A stretch of DNA of 64,000 nucleotides. Source: Lama glama. Its lineage: Eukaryota. The stretch is taken from positions 12,340,001 through 12,404,000 of the forward strand of contig CM052816.1 of NCBI GenBank assembly GCA_028534125.1, in the 5' to 3' direction. Shown here one piece after another: positions 42,601-56,715 of the stretch. Position numbers and translations under genes: made by a program. The notes beneath the pieces are model-generated. The model saw only the letters and a program-made list of their open reading frames with translations. It had not been told where the DNA came from and ran no database searches. The stretch's first letter is position 1, and each line of letters starts with the position of its first letter.

Positions 42601-43449
42601 TATTGTCTTGTCTATGTGAAATCAGAAAGGAATAACAGCATTCTTACATAAATTTATCTAGCTAGAAACCTAGATTTTTCAACAAAACTGGAAATAGAGT
42701 TCATTTCAGGACTGGAAGTTGGCGAAGTGGACTGGGCAAAAGTTGGAGGTGAAAAATACAGCAGGTGATATAGGGCACACAGCTGAGTAGGGAGGCATGA
42801 AAACCTTGATAAGGAAGCTTGATGGCCTTAAAGTTGAGACCAGGAAAATGTGGGGTGAAAATAAGTAAGAAGACTGTGCTAAGGGGGATTTTCAGAGTTC
42901 CAAGCCTTGGGTGAGTGTAAAACTCAAGGAAGCAGGTTCTAGGCTTGCCACTCTAACCGCGGTTCCCTGGCTCTCCCAGCCACGCTCAGTAGTGCATTTA
43001 TCCTCCCAGAAGTGAGCCCTGGCTTCTCCATTGAGCACTGCTGTCAACTGTCACAGCTGCCAAGCCAACAGATGGTGTGGGCCTGTGGCACCAGCAGTTT
43101 CCACATGTAAAAATACAGTCATTTAGATGTTTTCTGTGTACACTTATTTCCTCATTAATCTTCTAAGCACAGCTGCAAGTGGATAATTTCCGTGTGAACA
43201 CAGGGGCACTTTGACCACCTTGATTCACATACTTTCAGACCACCCGACATGTCCCCAGTACTGTGCTGCAAGTGGAGGTCAGTAAAGAACACAGGACAAA
43301 GTTCCTCTCGTATTTGTCCTATTATTTAGTGATCCTGTGTTTTACCTCACCAACTATATTTAAAGCTTTCTGAGAGAGGATGCTAAACTTATTTTACCCC
43401 AGAGAACACAGGGCATCACCTGTCACATAAGAGTTAGGGAATGTTTCTA

Positions 43450-43880
43450 CAGTGGTGGGAAAAGGGGAGGTTGGCTAAAGGGTACAAACTTTCACCTGTA
43501 AGATGAAGAAAGGGCAAGAATCTAATCTATAGTGTGTGACTATAGTTGATAACACTGTACTGTGTAACTGAAAATTGCTAAGTAGAGCTTAAATGTTCTC
43601 ACCAAAGTGTGTGTATTTTATTCATACAAATACATGGAAATACCTTTTATTCATACAAAATATGTATGCATATTCATACAAATATATATAATACTTCCAT
43701 CACCATACATATTCATACAAAGATATATAACACATCACTATCTGTATATAATGGATGTGTTAACTAGATGGGAGAGGAATCCTTTCAATATGTGGACATA
43801 CATCAAATCATCACAATGTGCATGTTAAGTATCTCACATTTTCTGTCAATTATACCTCAATAAAGCTGAAAAAAGTTTTA
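43450..43880 (+). mobile_element. Old L1 (L1MA-like) 3' end
   Basis: aaagggtacaaacttt..gataacactgtactg..ttatacctcaataaagctg. Confidence 0.8.
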
Positions 43881-44564
43881 AAAATCTTAAATTGATTTTA
43901 AATCAAAATTCATTTGTAAGAAGTGCCCACATTCCATCCAAAAAAAAGGCACACACACAAACATGACAGAAACAAAAGCGAAAGCTGAAAAAATGACTCT
44001 ACAATTGTACAGCCCAATGTAAATGGTTATTGAGTTGCTCACTACTTTTGTTTGGTAATAACTATTAAGAAGAACAAGGGAAAGCTATGAATCTATTACT
44101 TTGTATCTTGAGGCTAGCAAGTCTCAAATTAGAATCTAAGCCGCAAATGACTCCCTTCTCCAATTCATCTGTAAAGTTCTGATCAAATTAATCTCACTCA
44201 AGTACATATCCAATTTCTCCAGCTTAGAACAATAAACAGTTTCTATTACCCATGCAAAAATATTCTTACCGTACTGCCCTCCCAAGGTAGGAGAGAGAGC
44301 CATCTCTCATTTCTGTTCTGGGTGATCCCTGGGCCCCACCTAACAGGTCGCTGTTCACTCCTTCACCTGCAGCTGCCACCCCTTCCTGTGCACGCCATCA
44401 GGGAGCACAGTATTGCTTCTGCCTATGCTAGTTCCTGCCGCCTTGGAGGTCTCCACTCCACCAGCTCTATGTAAGCAAATGACCCAGCCCTGGACAATCA
44501 TAGAACCCCTCTGCCTAGCAATAAGCATTGGCTTAGTGACTCAGGAAGGATCTTCTCCAGGGGA

Positions 44565-44940
44565 TTTTTTTTTTTAATTCAAGTATAGTAGACTCACAAT
44601 ATATTAGCTACAGCTGAACAAGACAATGATTCAATACTTTTATACATTATACTCCGAAGTTATTAGGAAACAGTGGCTGTATTTCTCGTGCTGTAAAATA
44701 GATCTTAGTCGCTTATCAATTTTATACAGATTAGTTTGTATCTTCTAATCCCGACCCCTATCTGGACCTTCCCCATTTCCCTCTTCCCACTGTTAACCAT
44801 CATTTGTTCTCTGTATCTGTTTCTTATATTTACTAGTTTTAAATTTTTTTTAGATTCCACGTGTAAGATAGAACAGAGCACTTGTCTCTCTCTGACTTAT
44901 TTCACTTAGCATAGTACCTCCTAGATTCCCCCACACTGTG
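44565..44940 (-). mobile_element. L1 3' end, minus strand
   Basis: Poly-T followed by aattcaagtatagt..tagattccac..tctgacttatttcacttagcat. Confidence 0.8.
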
Positions 44941-45249
44941 ACATCATGGTCTCCGTGCTCAATTTTCCTTGCTTTCAATACAGGCATCTGCATTACTAGA
45001 TATTGCTATCCCTGACAGCACGGATCATACTCAGCACTGTATACAGCGACTATGGCAGTGCCTGCCAAGAGGAGGCTTGCACCATAAATATGAAGAAAAT
45101 GACTAAGTGATGTCACACTGGTCATAACCATGAGCTGTCCAACTACGTCATTCTCTCTCTGATACGGCCATTAAGGGACAGTTTGTGCCTTTGGTTTCTA
45201 GGTCAATTTCAGAGATTAAAAACACACTCAAATATCCTTTAATTGCTTT

Positions 45250-45600
45250 TTTTTAGCTTTTTATTTTGAGATCACTGAAGATTCACGTACAGTTATCTAA
45301 CACAAAAAGATCTCATGTACCTCTCACCCAGTTTCCCTCCCAATGGTAACATTTCACAGCTAATCCTGCAGCCAGGAAATTGATGTGTACAAAATCCATC
45401 AACTTTACACAGATTTTTCTAGCTTCATGTGTCTCATTACATGCATGTGTGTGTGTGTGTGTGTGTGTGTATTTAGTTCGATGCAGTTTTAGCACAGGCG
45501 TAGATTCATGCAGCCATCACTTCACTCAAGATACAGAGAGCAGTCCTATCACAAGGATCCTTTGTTCTACCTTTTTAAAGACACATCCACCCCTTCTACC
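45250..45600 (-). mobile_element. Old L1 (L1MC-like) 3' end containing (TG)n
   Basis: ttttattttgagat..agattcac..cccagtttccc..caatggtaacat. Confidence 0.7.
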
Positions 45601-48449
45601 AGAGAACTTAGGGATAAAATAAGAAGAGTATGTTAATAAAAACCAAATATTGTACTGTTCAGTAAAGCACTGAAAGTATCACGAAGTAGTTGTTGGAACA
45701 ATGAACGTTAAGTAGTGGTATAAGGAAATTAGGTTTGATATGGTTAAGATAAATCCTACAAACAAAAACAAACACAGGACTCCAACCATAGTTACCACAT
45801 CACATTTCCCCAGATCTTGTCCTTTGACAAGAGATCAGAGACTCATATTCCAGCACCCTCTGGAAGAGGAAGGTTTGTTTACTCATACAAGCACCTCAAT
45901 TGTAACACTCCAAACAAAGTCACTATCATTATATGCAAACGCATATACTCTTGCCTCCTAATTTCCTGTTTCCATTATTGAAATCACTATCCAAACACTT
46001 GCCCCAGCCAGAAAACTTTGCATCATCTCTCACCATCCCCGTTCAAAGATTTAATAAGTCCCACATATTCAAATTCAAGGTCATCAACTGTTGATCTACA
46101 ATACATATTTTGCCCGGAACTGTGTGTATGTGTTGATGTTTTGTTTGACTCAGAGTGTTAGCCGGCACAGCCTTCCAAAGTTTAAAATTCAAGAAATTCT
46201 GTGTACAAGTTTGGGTTCCCCACTTTCCCTGCAAGAAAAGTCAGATTTGACAGCCCTCAGCCTGCATTCCTACAAAAGAATAACTAGCTTAGAAGTGAGC
46301 ATGGCTGCCCTCTTCAGATGGGGCAAGACTGTGCCATTTACCGCAGCCCCCTCCTCTCCCTACCATCTCCTACCTAGATTGCTTTACACACTTACACTGT
46401 CTCCCTGGAGGGAGACACTGAGGCCCCTGTGAGAATGTATTCCTTTTCTTCTTTTTCTTCCTTGTTGCCACCATCTCTAAGTCATCTCCCTGTGTGCGGC
46501 AGTGCCCCCATTCTGCACGTCTCTCACACAGCCACCAGAAGTCTGTTCTTGCACTTCCATCAAGGCACCTTTTCTGTAAAGCCTTCTCCAAGCAGATGTT
46601 ACCTGTTTCTTTGGGTTCCCCAAACACTTTTAAAATGCTTTTTGCCCCCTCTTGGGAAAAGCTTTGGCCCACTCAAGTTTACAAAAATATTTCCTACTAG
46701 AAATTTTAAAGTTTTTGCTTTGACGTTTAGGTCTATGATCCATCTCAACTTTATTTTTTAATTGTATATTTTCCAATTATGGAGTAAGAGTCTTGTTTCA
46801 CTTAATCACTATATGAGTATGATTTTATATCAAAAAATACCCATTTTCATGGATAAAGACTGATGAGTTTGAGATCTGATTATCAGATACTGATGTAAAC
46901 ACCCTCATAATCAAGATATCGAACACTTCCATTATCCCAAAGTTTCCCTTTGCAGGCAATCCTGCCCAAAAGCTATTTAATACACTTGATCCAGTGTTCC
47001 AGCCATTTACTGTGAAAGAGGAAATCTACCGTTTATTTAATCATTGCCAGAAGCAGGACACTCCTAAAACAGTACATTCCTATCTTTATTACAGTATTTA
47101 TCACATTGTTTTAAAATTACTGTTTTACTTTCTGCCTATTTCATTGTCACTGGACCTCATGAGGGGATGAACAGTGCACTAGAACCTCTAATTTTTGAAG
47201 CATTGTTGGTGTTGAATTGATATCTGCGATTACATAAAAGATGAATAACACAAGCATCTACTCTTCCAAAACTGTCTCCAGTTGTCCATGGTTAGATTTG
47301 ATTAATATTCTCATCCTTTCTCATTAAAATCAAATAATTTATGAATAGTCTAATGAAGCAGGGGCAACCTTTGCTAAGCAAGATGTGTAAATTCCCACAA
47401 TACTAATTCACCCAGTCTCTTACACCATTCCAAAAGGCAGGTCAGGGCCACTTTCTATACTGAATATCAAAATGAGCAAAACTAAGTTGTCCTCAATTTC
47501 ACAACTCAAAAGTCCTTCTGCTAATTTTTAAAATGTATTCCTCCTTTTTTTTTTTTTTTTGAACTTCCAAAACGCTTTTAGAGAAAATATATAGGAAAAA
47601 AATAAGATACCCAAAACCCTAAGAATTCAAAACTTCACTTCTTGCTGTGTATGTATGTTTATATATCACTTCTAAGTTACATATAATTGCATAGATACAC
47701 ATAATGTATAGCCACAAAATTTCATTAAACAAAAATTAGTTCATTAAAAATAAAGCTAAAGCCTTCCTCCTGTCCTGCATGCTCCTCTCAGGTGTGCCAA
47801 GAGAAGGGTTCAGCTGGAGCCGGGACTGGGAAAGAGGTGGTTTGGCAGAAGAAGATAAATGTAGGCAGGTGGCTGGCAGAGAGGGATGCTACCCAGCTGG
47901 CAGTGTTTGAATGGACAGGTGTGTAGGTCTGGCTGCCATCACCAGAGCTTGTTGGCTCTTGGCCAAAAAACTGGGTGGAATTTTAATACCAGAAGATGCC
48001 AATCCAGGATGTGAGCTAAAGACATAGATACCTGGGTGAGGGCCAGACATGGACTCTGCCAAATAGGTAGGCTGCAGAAGGAGCAGGTCCAGGGTGGTCT
48101 GAACAAAAGGAAAGTGGGCAAAATCTTACTCATGAAGAGCAGTTACAGGGGTATTATCTTGATGCCTGGGGAAATGGGGAGATCGCATCACGGCACACTG
48201 GAAAGTGTACAGGACTTTAACAAACCTGAGTTCAAGCAACAGCTTCACCAGCTTCTACTTGGTCAGGGTATTACTTCTTTTAAAAGCATTTTCTTAACTA
48301 TTCAATAACAGGGTAAAAGAGCACTACTTCTTAAGGTTGCAGTAAAAGTTTAGTGACAAATTATGCACAAATGTTTTATGAACGATATAATGTTTGCAAA
48401 CAAATATTAGGTGTTGTTATATGGCACAGTCGAAAGTAACTGTTAAAAA

Positions 48450-51260
48450 AATAGAGGTTCTAGAAGAAATAGACAATTTGACAATAATTGCTAGAGACTT
48501 CAATGTCAATTTTCAATAACAGAATTACTAGACACAAGATCAGCAAGGGAATAGATCTGAATAACAGTACTAATTAGACATCCACAGAACACTCCTCCCA
48601 ACAAAAAAAAATACACATTCTTCTCAAGCGTACATGGCACAGAGTATTGACCACAGGGCATAAAATTAGTTTAAAAGGCTCAGTAAGAGCCCTTTCTGAG
48701 ATCATGCAAAAAACATTCTCCAACTGCAATGTGATGATGTGAGCCATCAGTAACAGAAGAAAATTTGGAAAATTCACAATCATGTGATAAGTAACATATT
48801 CCCTAAATGACCAGAGCATCAGAAAAGAAATTACAATGAGATTTAAAAAATATTTTTACATGAATGCCCATCAAAACGTGATTTAAAAAAAAAACAAAAA
48901 CCATGCTTGCATAGATTTATAGCTGTAAAACCCACATTAAAAAAGGTGACATCTTGACATGATGCCACATACAGAAAACCCTAAAGTCTCCACCAAGAAC
49001 AGTACTAGAATAAATGAATTCAGTACAGTTGCAGAATATAAGAATATACAGAGATCTGTTGCTTTCCCATACAATAATAATCAACTATCGAGAAGAGAAA
49101 CCAAGAGAAAAACCTCATTTAAAAATCACATCGAAAAGAATAAAATACCTAGGAATAAAGTTAATCCTAACCAAGGATTTTCAAGACCTATACTCTGAAA
49201 ACTATAAAGCACTGGTGAAGGAAACTGATGATGATACTAAGAAATGGAAAGATATCCCTTGTTCATGGATTGCAGAAATATTGTTTAAATGTCCACACCA
49301 CCCAGAGCAATCTACAGATTTAATGCAACCCCTATGAAAATACCCATGACATTCTCCACAATACTGGAACAAATTCAGTATTTTGATAGACTGCACCCCA
49401 TTTATAGTTATTACAAAATAATGGCTATATTTTCCTGTGCTGTACAATATATCCTTGCTGCTTAGCTGTTTTATACATAGTAATCTGTATCTCTTAATCT
49501 CCTAACCCATCTTGCCCCTTAAAACCGAAAACATTGTAAATCAACTATACTTCAATAAAAGAAATAAGCTGAAAGAGTTGACAGAAAGAAAAAGAAAGAT
49601 GATTGATCCTAGCTGCTATGAATAATGCTGAAATGAACATGGTAGTGCATATATCTCAAGATAGCCAAGACATGGAGCTAATTAAATGGTTGCTATCGAC
49701 AGTCGAATGGATAAAGAAATGTGGTATGTGAATACAATAAGATACTCCAAGCCTTAAAAATGAAAAATTTGCCACACTAAACAATATGGATGAAGCTTGA
49801 GGCATTAAGCTAAGCGAAATAAGCCAGTAACAGGACAGAACCGCATGATTCCACTTGTATGAGGTATCTAAAATAGCCAATCTCATAGAAATGGAATGTG
49901 GAATGGTGTCTTATTCTTTAAAGAAGACATGATATCCTCCTACTTGTAACTCAAAAGTAAGATACTTGTACATAATATCTATGGCACATAGATGGTTAGA
50001 CATTATCCTAAGAGAGCAGGTTCTATGTGATTAAAGCTCTGGTTCAAAATTTAAGCAAATTAAGCTTAATACCATATAACTAAATCGTCCAAGTACTCTC
50101 AATTCCGGCCAAGTAAATGTTACTGTTTTATTTAAGCAAACCATTACAAACATTGTAAAATTTTAAAACACACTCTAAATGATCCAAAGGTCAAAGAAGA
50201 AATAACAAAAATTATAAAATATTTTAACTAAATGAAAATGAAACCACAACATCTTAAAGTTTGTGGATGTGAGTAAAATGATGCTTAAAGGGAAATTTAT
50301 AGCATTGAATGGTTATACTTAAAAAGGGTTTCAAATCACTGATCTAGACTTCTATTTGAGAAACTGGAGAAGACAGTTATACTTGAATTGAGCAGAAGGA
50401 AGGAAATAATAAAGAGAAGAAACAAATGAAGTTAAAGACAGAAAAACCAGAGATCAGTAATACCAAAAATATAAATAAAATTGATAGTTTTTAGTCATAC
50501 TGGTCAAGGAAATAAAGCAGATAAGATTACTAATGCCAAGGATGAAAGAGAAGACATAACTACAGATATTAAAAGGATAATTAGGGACTCATGAATTCTC
50601 AGGTTAACAGTATCACATATTTGGAAGTATGTGGCGTGACTGCAAATTTCATACACTACTGACAGGAACAGAAAATAACATTATCTTTGGAACAGTTTGC
50701 ATTGTGTTTTTATAAGAAGCTAGCAATTACCATGACCCAATAATCTCACTCCTAGGTATTTAACCAAGAGAAATAAAACACAGACATCTGCACAAAGACT
50801 TAGATGCAGATGTTCACAGATGTTTGATAATGGCTCAAAATAAGAAAACATCAAGATGTCCATCAACTGGTAGAAAAATAAACTGTAGTCCATATGTGTT
50901 ATGGACTACTACTCAGCAATAAAAAGAAACACTACTGAAACATGCAACAACATGGATAATTCTCAAAGCATTATGCTGAGTGAAATAAGCTAGACACAGG
51001 ACTCCATATTGCATGATTCTACTGATACGAAAATTGAGAAAAGGCCAAACCAGAGTGACAGATCAGGTGTTGCAAGAGGCCCTGATGGGGATAAGGAACT
51101 AACTTTCAACTGGCCCAGGAAAGCTTTTTGAGATTACATGTTGTTTTGTGTTTTTATTGTAGTGGTAATTATTTAACTATATTAAATGATCAAATCTCTA
51201 TTGTACATGTAATGGTAATTTTAGTGTTTGTAAATTACACCTCCATAAAGCTGATTTTTA
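48450..51260 (+). mobile_element. Nested old L1 fragments, including two 5'-inverted inserts
   Basis: ORF2 endonuclease and RT remnants (e.g. [25 protein letters not shown]); inverted pieces at about 49375-49520 and 49603-49657. Confidence 0.8.
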
Positions 51261-51568
51261 AAACCATCATAGGAACTGGGTTTCTTCAAATGGGGTATAC
51301 ATTTAAAAGGAAGAAAAAAGTCTGGAAAAAAAAAGGAGTGAAAAATCATTAAACATGCATAAATAGTGAAAGACTGTTCTCTGAGCATACCAAAAAGTTA
51401 ATAAAAGAAGACTAAAGATTCATTGTCATACTGAAAAGCCTGTTTTCTGCTAAATTCCATGATCTTAAGTGAAATACAGTACTCTTTTGGAAAATACTGA
51501 CATTATGGATTATAAAGGATTTACTTCAAAATTACAAAGAAAAAGACATCTTTGAAACATTGAAACAC

Positions 51569-51703
51569 TTAGCCAATTCATTCAATTAGTCTGTCAGTGA
51601 CGTTGCTGGAATCTTCACATCAATAATGGCCAGGTGAGGAAGGGCAACTTGGAATAATATTCTGGCATCGTAGGAATGTTGACTGTACAATATTTTAATA
51701 AAG
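51569..51703 (-). pseudogene. TRPC-like fossil exon: S4, S4-S5 linker, deleted S5
   Basis: ttctgtactctgcag|C then [43 protein letters not shown]. Same register as TRPC3 [29 protein letters not shown] resembles TRPC4 AFANGLNQL. Donor is degenerate (g-ctaagt). Confidence 0.65.
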
Positions 51704-52953
51704 CTGCAGAGTACAGAACTACGTCTGGATGCTTTTCCTATCACTGTTAGTAAAACCAGGTGCTAATTAATCAATATTTATGCCACGATGACTGTAAAAG
51801 CTGTGGTAACTGGAAGTAGGGTAGAGTTGGAAATACACAAACACATGCAAAAATATCCAGTATGCAGTTGGCACTCACCAAATGTTCAAAGAATTGAATT
51901 AAATCCAGTCAATAAGATAAGACACATATATATTTTAATGTAAGAATTTGAGTTAGGTCAGAAAATCTTTTCCAGTATAAGCAGGATTCAAGCTGGTCTT
52001 GAACTCAGGCTCTTAAAATAGGTAAACAGAAGTGAAGTCAGAGGAGGAAGGTGAGTCAACACTCACGAGGGAATTGCCATCACATGGTCAGGGTCCAACA
52101 GCATCTTAAACTCTTCTCATTTACACAATGAGTGATGCCTTAATTTGGCCTTGAGTAGAAGGACACAGGAGCCTTCAGGATTCTCCATCCTTCTTCTTGC
52201 TTAAGATGCAACTACAGACAAGCTGGGAGCCACTCCTGGTCCTTTCCCCTTAGCCATCCCCTTCATTCTGGAATCCTGAGTATTACAGTCACCCTCAGAA
52301 TTCTCACTCAGAAAGGAGGAAGGACTCACAGTAGTGAGCCTTTAAAAAAAAAAATCCAAGAACCCTATCCACTATAGCCCTTGCATCTTACATGTCCAGA
52401 GATTACCTAGAATAAACACATAAAGCTGATCTGCAGTAACTTGGGAAATGTCACTCTCCTAATAAAGTCCAAAGACTCCAGGACTAAGTGCTATGCGTCA
52501 TCTCAAGCTCCTTACAAAGGGATATATACTACAGCAAATCACTCACCATCTCATCCTCCCATGCACATCAAGAAGGGTGGCCTTTGGTGTCAATCTTTTC
52601 CAGAATTCTATATTCTGTATGCTATTCATGGAAAATGTCTCTAGTCATTTTCCGACACTCAGATTTTGGGTGAGAGGATGGTGAACCTCCTGCCTTTGAA
52701 GATATCCATAAAATGAGACAGAGTCCAGATTCCCTTCATGGCTATGAAAAGCTTTAGGCAACCAAGATAAGGAAGATTAGCCAGGAGGTCTTAAAACAAT
52801 TGGCCAGGCTAATGAAATTAACAACAAGAAGTTTTACAGGCCTACATCTGGGCATGCATGTTATTAGCTGTTAAAGTAGTTTTCCAACCCTTCAACATGG
52901 CAAAGATGGTGGGAGAGAATTCTCCAAGGCTTTAGCTTATCTGTGTGGTTTAC

Positions 52954-53011
52954 TTCATTCTGTGTTATCATCAAAGCCTCTATCACCTCAACCCAGGTTA
53001 ACTCATGTAGC
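52954..53011 (-). pseudogene. TRPC-like fossil exon: S3-S4 loop / start of S4
   Basis: gcttcttacag|GCTAC...ATGAA|gtaaac, 58 nt. Reads LHELTWVEVIEALMITQNE (cf. TRPC4 WHPTLVAEALFAIANI). Confidence 0.6.
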
Positions 53012-53643
53012 CTGTAAGAAGCACTTCCTAAGCCCCTGCTAACCAGTAAGAACCCCGCTGGGGATTTCAGATACAGAGACTGGTAGGGCTTAGTGTCTGC
53101 CTTCAAACAGCTCACAAGAGACACGTAAGACGGTCTCATTTCAGAAGGTAACATGAGAGTATAGATAAGCTAGACCAGGCGTAAAGGGTGAAACAATGAA
53201 GGAGAGTGATGGGAGGCAAAAGCCTGGTGGATAATGGAGCCATTCCCAGAAGCAGGATACAGGAGAGAAGAAAGCTGGGAGCAAAGTGGGTGGTGTAGCA
53301 TATGAAAAGCTCAATATCAATAAGTATCACTGATTTGAATATAAGACATCTTTCCTGAGGCAAAACTTCATATTCTGTTTGTACTATAAAGAAACAGGTT
53401 GATAATTTCCTTGGGGCTAGTGGTTTGGCTATCTTAAAAGTATTAAATTCACTGAAAAGTCTAAGTACAGCATGGACCTGTTATTGTAAATTGCCTGTTC
53501 TGCTTATATTGGCAAGCCATTTTACAACCATGTTGACTTTTAAGAAATAATTATAAACTGTTTCTCATGGGGTTTGTTAACTGAATTATTAAGTGGTGCC
53601 ACACACAAAGGTCAAAGCAGGATTTTCTGTGCACAATATATAC

Positions 53644-53702
53644 TTCTTGCCATTGTTTCAACATGACAGAATTATTTAGGTGTCTATCATTGCCACAAGG
53701 AT
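53644..53702 (-). pseudogene. TRPC-like fossil exon: S3
   Basis: ctttcttggtag|ATCC...AAGAA|gtatat, 59 nt. Hydrophobic ILVAMIDT*IILSC* in the frame that joins the next exon in phase. Confidence 0.45.
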
Positions 53703-54443
53703 CTACCAAGAAAGTACAACTTATAAAGGCCATTCAGGCCAATATATCCACAAGGGGAACTGATATTCGTTTTCCAAACAGACACAAAAGCACAGAGGAA
53801 AGGTAACTGTTTTGAAAATGTTGGGTATGTGGCTAATGCTGGACAAAACCCACGTTTTTAGAGTCTATAAGCTGTTGTGGTTGTGTAATGCACTGAATTC
53901 AATAAGGAATGAGAAAGAAACACAATCCATATTACAAAGTCCTGTTTGGAGTTCACTGAACACTCAAGTGCCTTCTAGCTACAGAGACCACCTGTCCCTT
54001 TACGTCAAGAGCAGCTATGTATCGTGTATAAAACTAAGGTCAAATGTGCAGCAGGTTTCAAGCTAATCATTATCTCCCAAGAGATCATTTTGCACAGTTT
54101 AGAGGGAAATTGGTCTCAATTTGTTTTTTTTTTAACAAAAATGTTAAGATGTGCACATGTTTTTGAGTTTCTTACATTTATTTGAATAAAGCAATCCCTC
54201 CAACACATTTGCAGCTTTTTGCAATGTCAGATGTTACTTCCAGCTGCAAGAAAATGTATCCTTTATGCTTCTTTATGCTCTAAGCAACTTTGAATGTTTA
54301 CATGTGCAGAAACAGCAGCTCTTTGTGGATCCAGCACCAGGAGGTGGTGGTTCCTGTGCACCACTGGACTCTGTCACCGTCAAGTACGTCATGACTGGTG
54401 TCTCACGTGGGGCCCAACATTTCAGAGCCTTTATTATTCATAC

Positions 54444-54509
54444 CAATCTGGCTTTAGTTCATCTTCCACAGACACTTCAGATTAAATTTTCTTCATTATC
54501 GTTACGGAA
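54444..54509 (-). pseudogene. TRPC-like fossil exon: S2 end
   Basis: ttcatctag|TTCC...GATTG|gtatga, 66 nt. Reads MKKI*SEVSVEDELKPD(W) (cf. GMIWSECKEIWEEG / [22 protein letters not shown]). Confidence 0.5.
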
Positions 54510-54702
54510 CTAGATGAATAAGTGGCACATCTGCTCATGAAGTGGTTTATTATCTATTCAGATAAGGTTTGGGATGAATAGAAAAATAACTATAGAGGAG
54601 ACAAATGTACCCAGGTTTACGCCCACGGTGAAATCCAAAACCAGCTCTGCTTTTCCTGAGAATTCACTGGCCTCCCCCTTCCACTGAATGAGGAATTTTT
54701 AC

Positions 54703-54726
54703 CTGATAAATTGACATCGTATATCA
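54703..54726 (-). pseudogene. 24-nt microexon (S1-S2 region by position)
   Basis: Long T/C tract ending cccag|TGATATACGATGTCAATTTATCAG|gtaaaa. Strong splice sites; no motif match. Confidence 0.5.
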
Positions 54727-55257
54727 CTGGGGGGGAAAAAAACCACAAAGCCAACCGGAATCAAATCAAAGCAAATACACAGAAACCTGGCATGTGACAA
54801 GAGCCTAATGAAGACCTTATATTGTTCAATTCAATTTCCAGCCCCTCCTTTCAAAAGATAATTTGAAGATCTGTAAATATTTTACCAACAATCCCATATC
54901 AGACATTTCTCATGCAAAACAAGACTGTATAAATAAATCTGTTGATTATGAAGACATCAACACATTACAGCTGTGCCATTCACATGGGATTTACAATCAA
55001 TCTTTTCATTATTATGAGGCCTGTGGATCCATCTCAGGACTAGCATCAGGACTACAGTCTGGAGAGTCCCTACCACTCCTGAACTAGCTCCACCCAGGCC
55101 TACGTTCAGGCACTGGTCAGCACTTTATCTCGTCTGTACCTCCCGCTTGCCCTAGCCCTGCCACACAGCTTAGAGTCGCTGAGGGGGTAGGTATGAACAG
55201 TTCATTTCTGCCAATATCAGAGTAACACCAACCTTAACAATAATACAACTAATAACT

Positions 55258-55673
55258 GGACCTAGAGATCATCATTCTAAGTGAAGTAAGCCAGAAAGAG
55301 AAAGAAAAACACCGTATGACATCACTCTTGTGAAATCTCAAAAAAGAAAAAAAGGACACTAATGAACTCATCTACAAAACAAACAGACTCAAATAGTAAA
55401 CAATCTATGGTTACCGGGGGGAAAGGGAGTGGGAAGGGATAAACCTGGGAGTTTGGGATTTGCAAATGTTAGCCACTATATACAAAAACAGATTCAAAAA
55501 AAAAAAATTCCTTCTATATAGCACAGGGAACTATATTCAGTAACTTGTAATAACCTTTAATGAAAAAGACTATGAAAAGAAATATATGTATGTATATGCA
55601 TGACTGGGACATTGTGCTGTACACCAGAAATTGACACATTGTAACTGACTGTACTTCAATTAAAAAAGAGTAA
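55258..55673 (+). mobile_element. Young L1 3' end with TSD
   Basis: Matches 6450-6860; TSD aactaataact at 55247-55257 and 55674-55684. Confidence 0.9.
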
Positions 55674-55684
55674 AACTAATAACT

Positions 55685-56135
55685 ACTCAGATTTTAATGT
55701 ACAATCAAATCGCCAGAGAATCCTGCAAAAATGCAGATTCTGATTCAGTAGGTCTGGCGTGGGGTCTAAGAATGCATAGAATCAACTCCCGAATTTGCCA
55801 TTGCTGCTAGCTCTTGGAAAACACCAGCATGAAGACAGATTCATGACGTTTAATAATGCTAGACACCTGTGGCTACTAGGCAGTCAAATGCAGCTCCCGA
55901 AATGGAGATGTGCTCAAAAATAGCACAAAACACATATCAGATTTCGAAGATTTAATACAAAAAATAAAAGTAGGTCATTAATAATGTTGTATTGGTTAAA
56001 TGTTGAAAAGCTATTTTAGATACATTGAGTGAAGTAATATATTATCAAGACGAATTTCACGTTTATGTTTAGTTTGAAATGAGACAACTGTAAATTTTAA
56101 CATCACATATGTGGTATGTCTATTTCCACAGCACT
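55685..56135. mobile_element. MER5A-like followed by MER3/MER33-like hAT MITEs
   Basis: aatgcagattctgattcagtaggtctgg; agatgtgct..cagatttcgaagattta. Confidence 0.65.
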
Positions 56136-56690
56136 AAGACAATTCACAAAACTGGTTTAGTTTTGTAACGTACACATTAAAATAGCATATATACGTTGCA
56201 CGTGTGTGTATATGTACACTAGATAGACAGACATGGCCGCTATCTTTATCTGTACCTCACCACACCTGATAAAGAACCCCTCTGACATGTCTGCATGGAA
56301 GTAGAGTAGCTCTGCTCTCGCCTCTAACCAAGTAGATCACTCTATGAAAATGTTTCCAACTACAAGGAAATCAAACTGTTTATCAAGCTACAGAAAGAGA
56401 ATTTGCTTGGGAAAGTGAGTAAAATAGGATTCCAGAGTGCTTAATTTAGGGACTCTGACTCCATTTCTTTTCAATTCTCTTAACTCTGGTTCAATGTTCG
56501 GGCAAAACGGCCCATCAACAATGAAAAAAAGATCCAGAGAAAGAAGGGATGATCACCTACGTAAGTCTCTATTCTAAGGAAACTTTCAGAAAACATCAGG
56601 AAAGTGTACTCCCATCTTCATATTCTAAACTGAGTCAGATTCCCAATTCTCAAATCATCTGTGGCCTAAAAGCAGACATGATCTCATTAC

Positions 56691-56715
56691 CTTAGACAGT
56701 GTTCTGAATCAACCA
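56691..56715 (-). pseudogene. 25-nt microexon (S1 region by position)
   Basis: ttgcttttaccag|TGGTTGATTCAGAACACTGTCTAAG|gtaatg. Supported by splice sites and position only; no motif match. Confidence 0.4.

Noticed and set aside
43615..43725. Four copies of tattcatacaaa with spacers (array-like)
   Set aside because: Degenerate simple-repeat expansion inside an L1 3'UTR in a mammal; not a CRISPR-like array.
28540..52060. Isolated strong plus-strand donors (CAGA|gtaagt near 28550, GAAG|gtgagt near 52050)
   Set aside because: No coherent plus-strand exon chain could be built.
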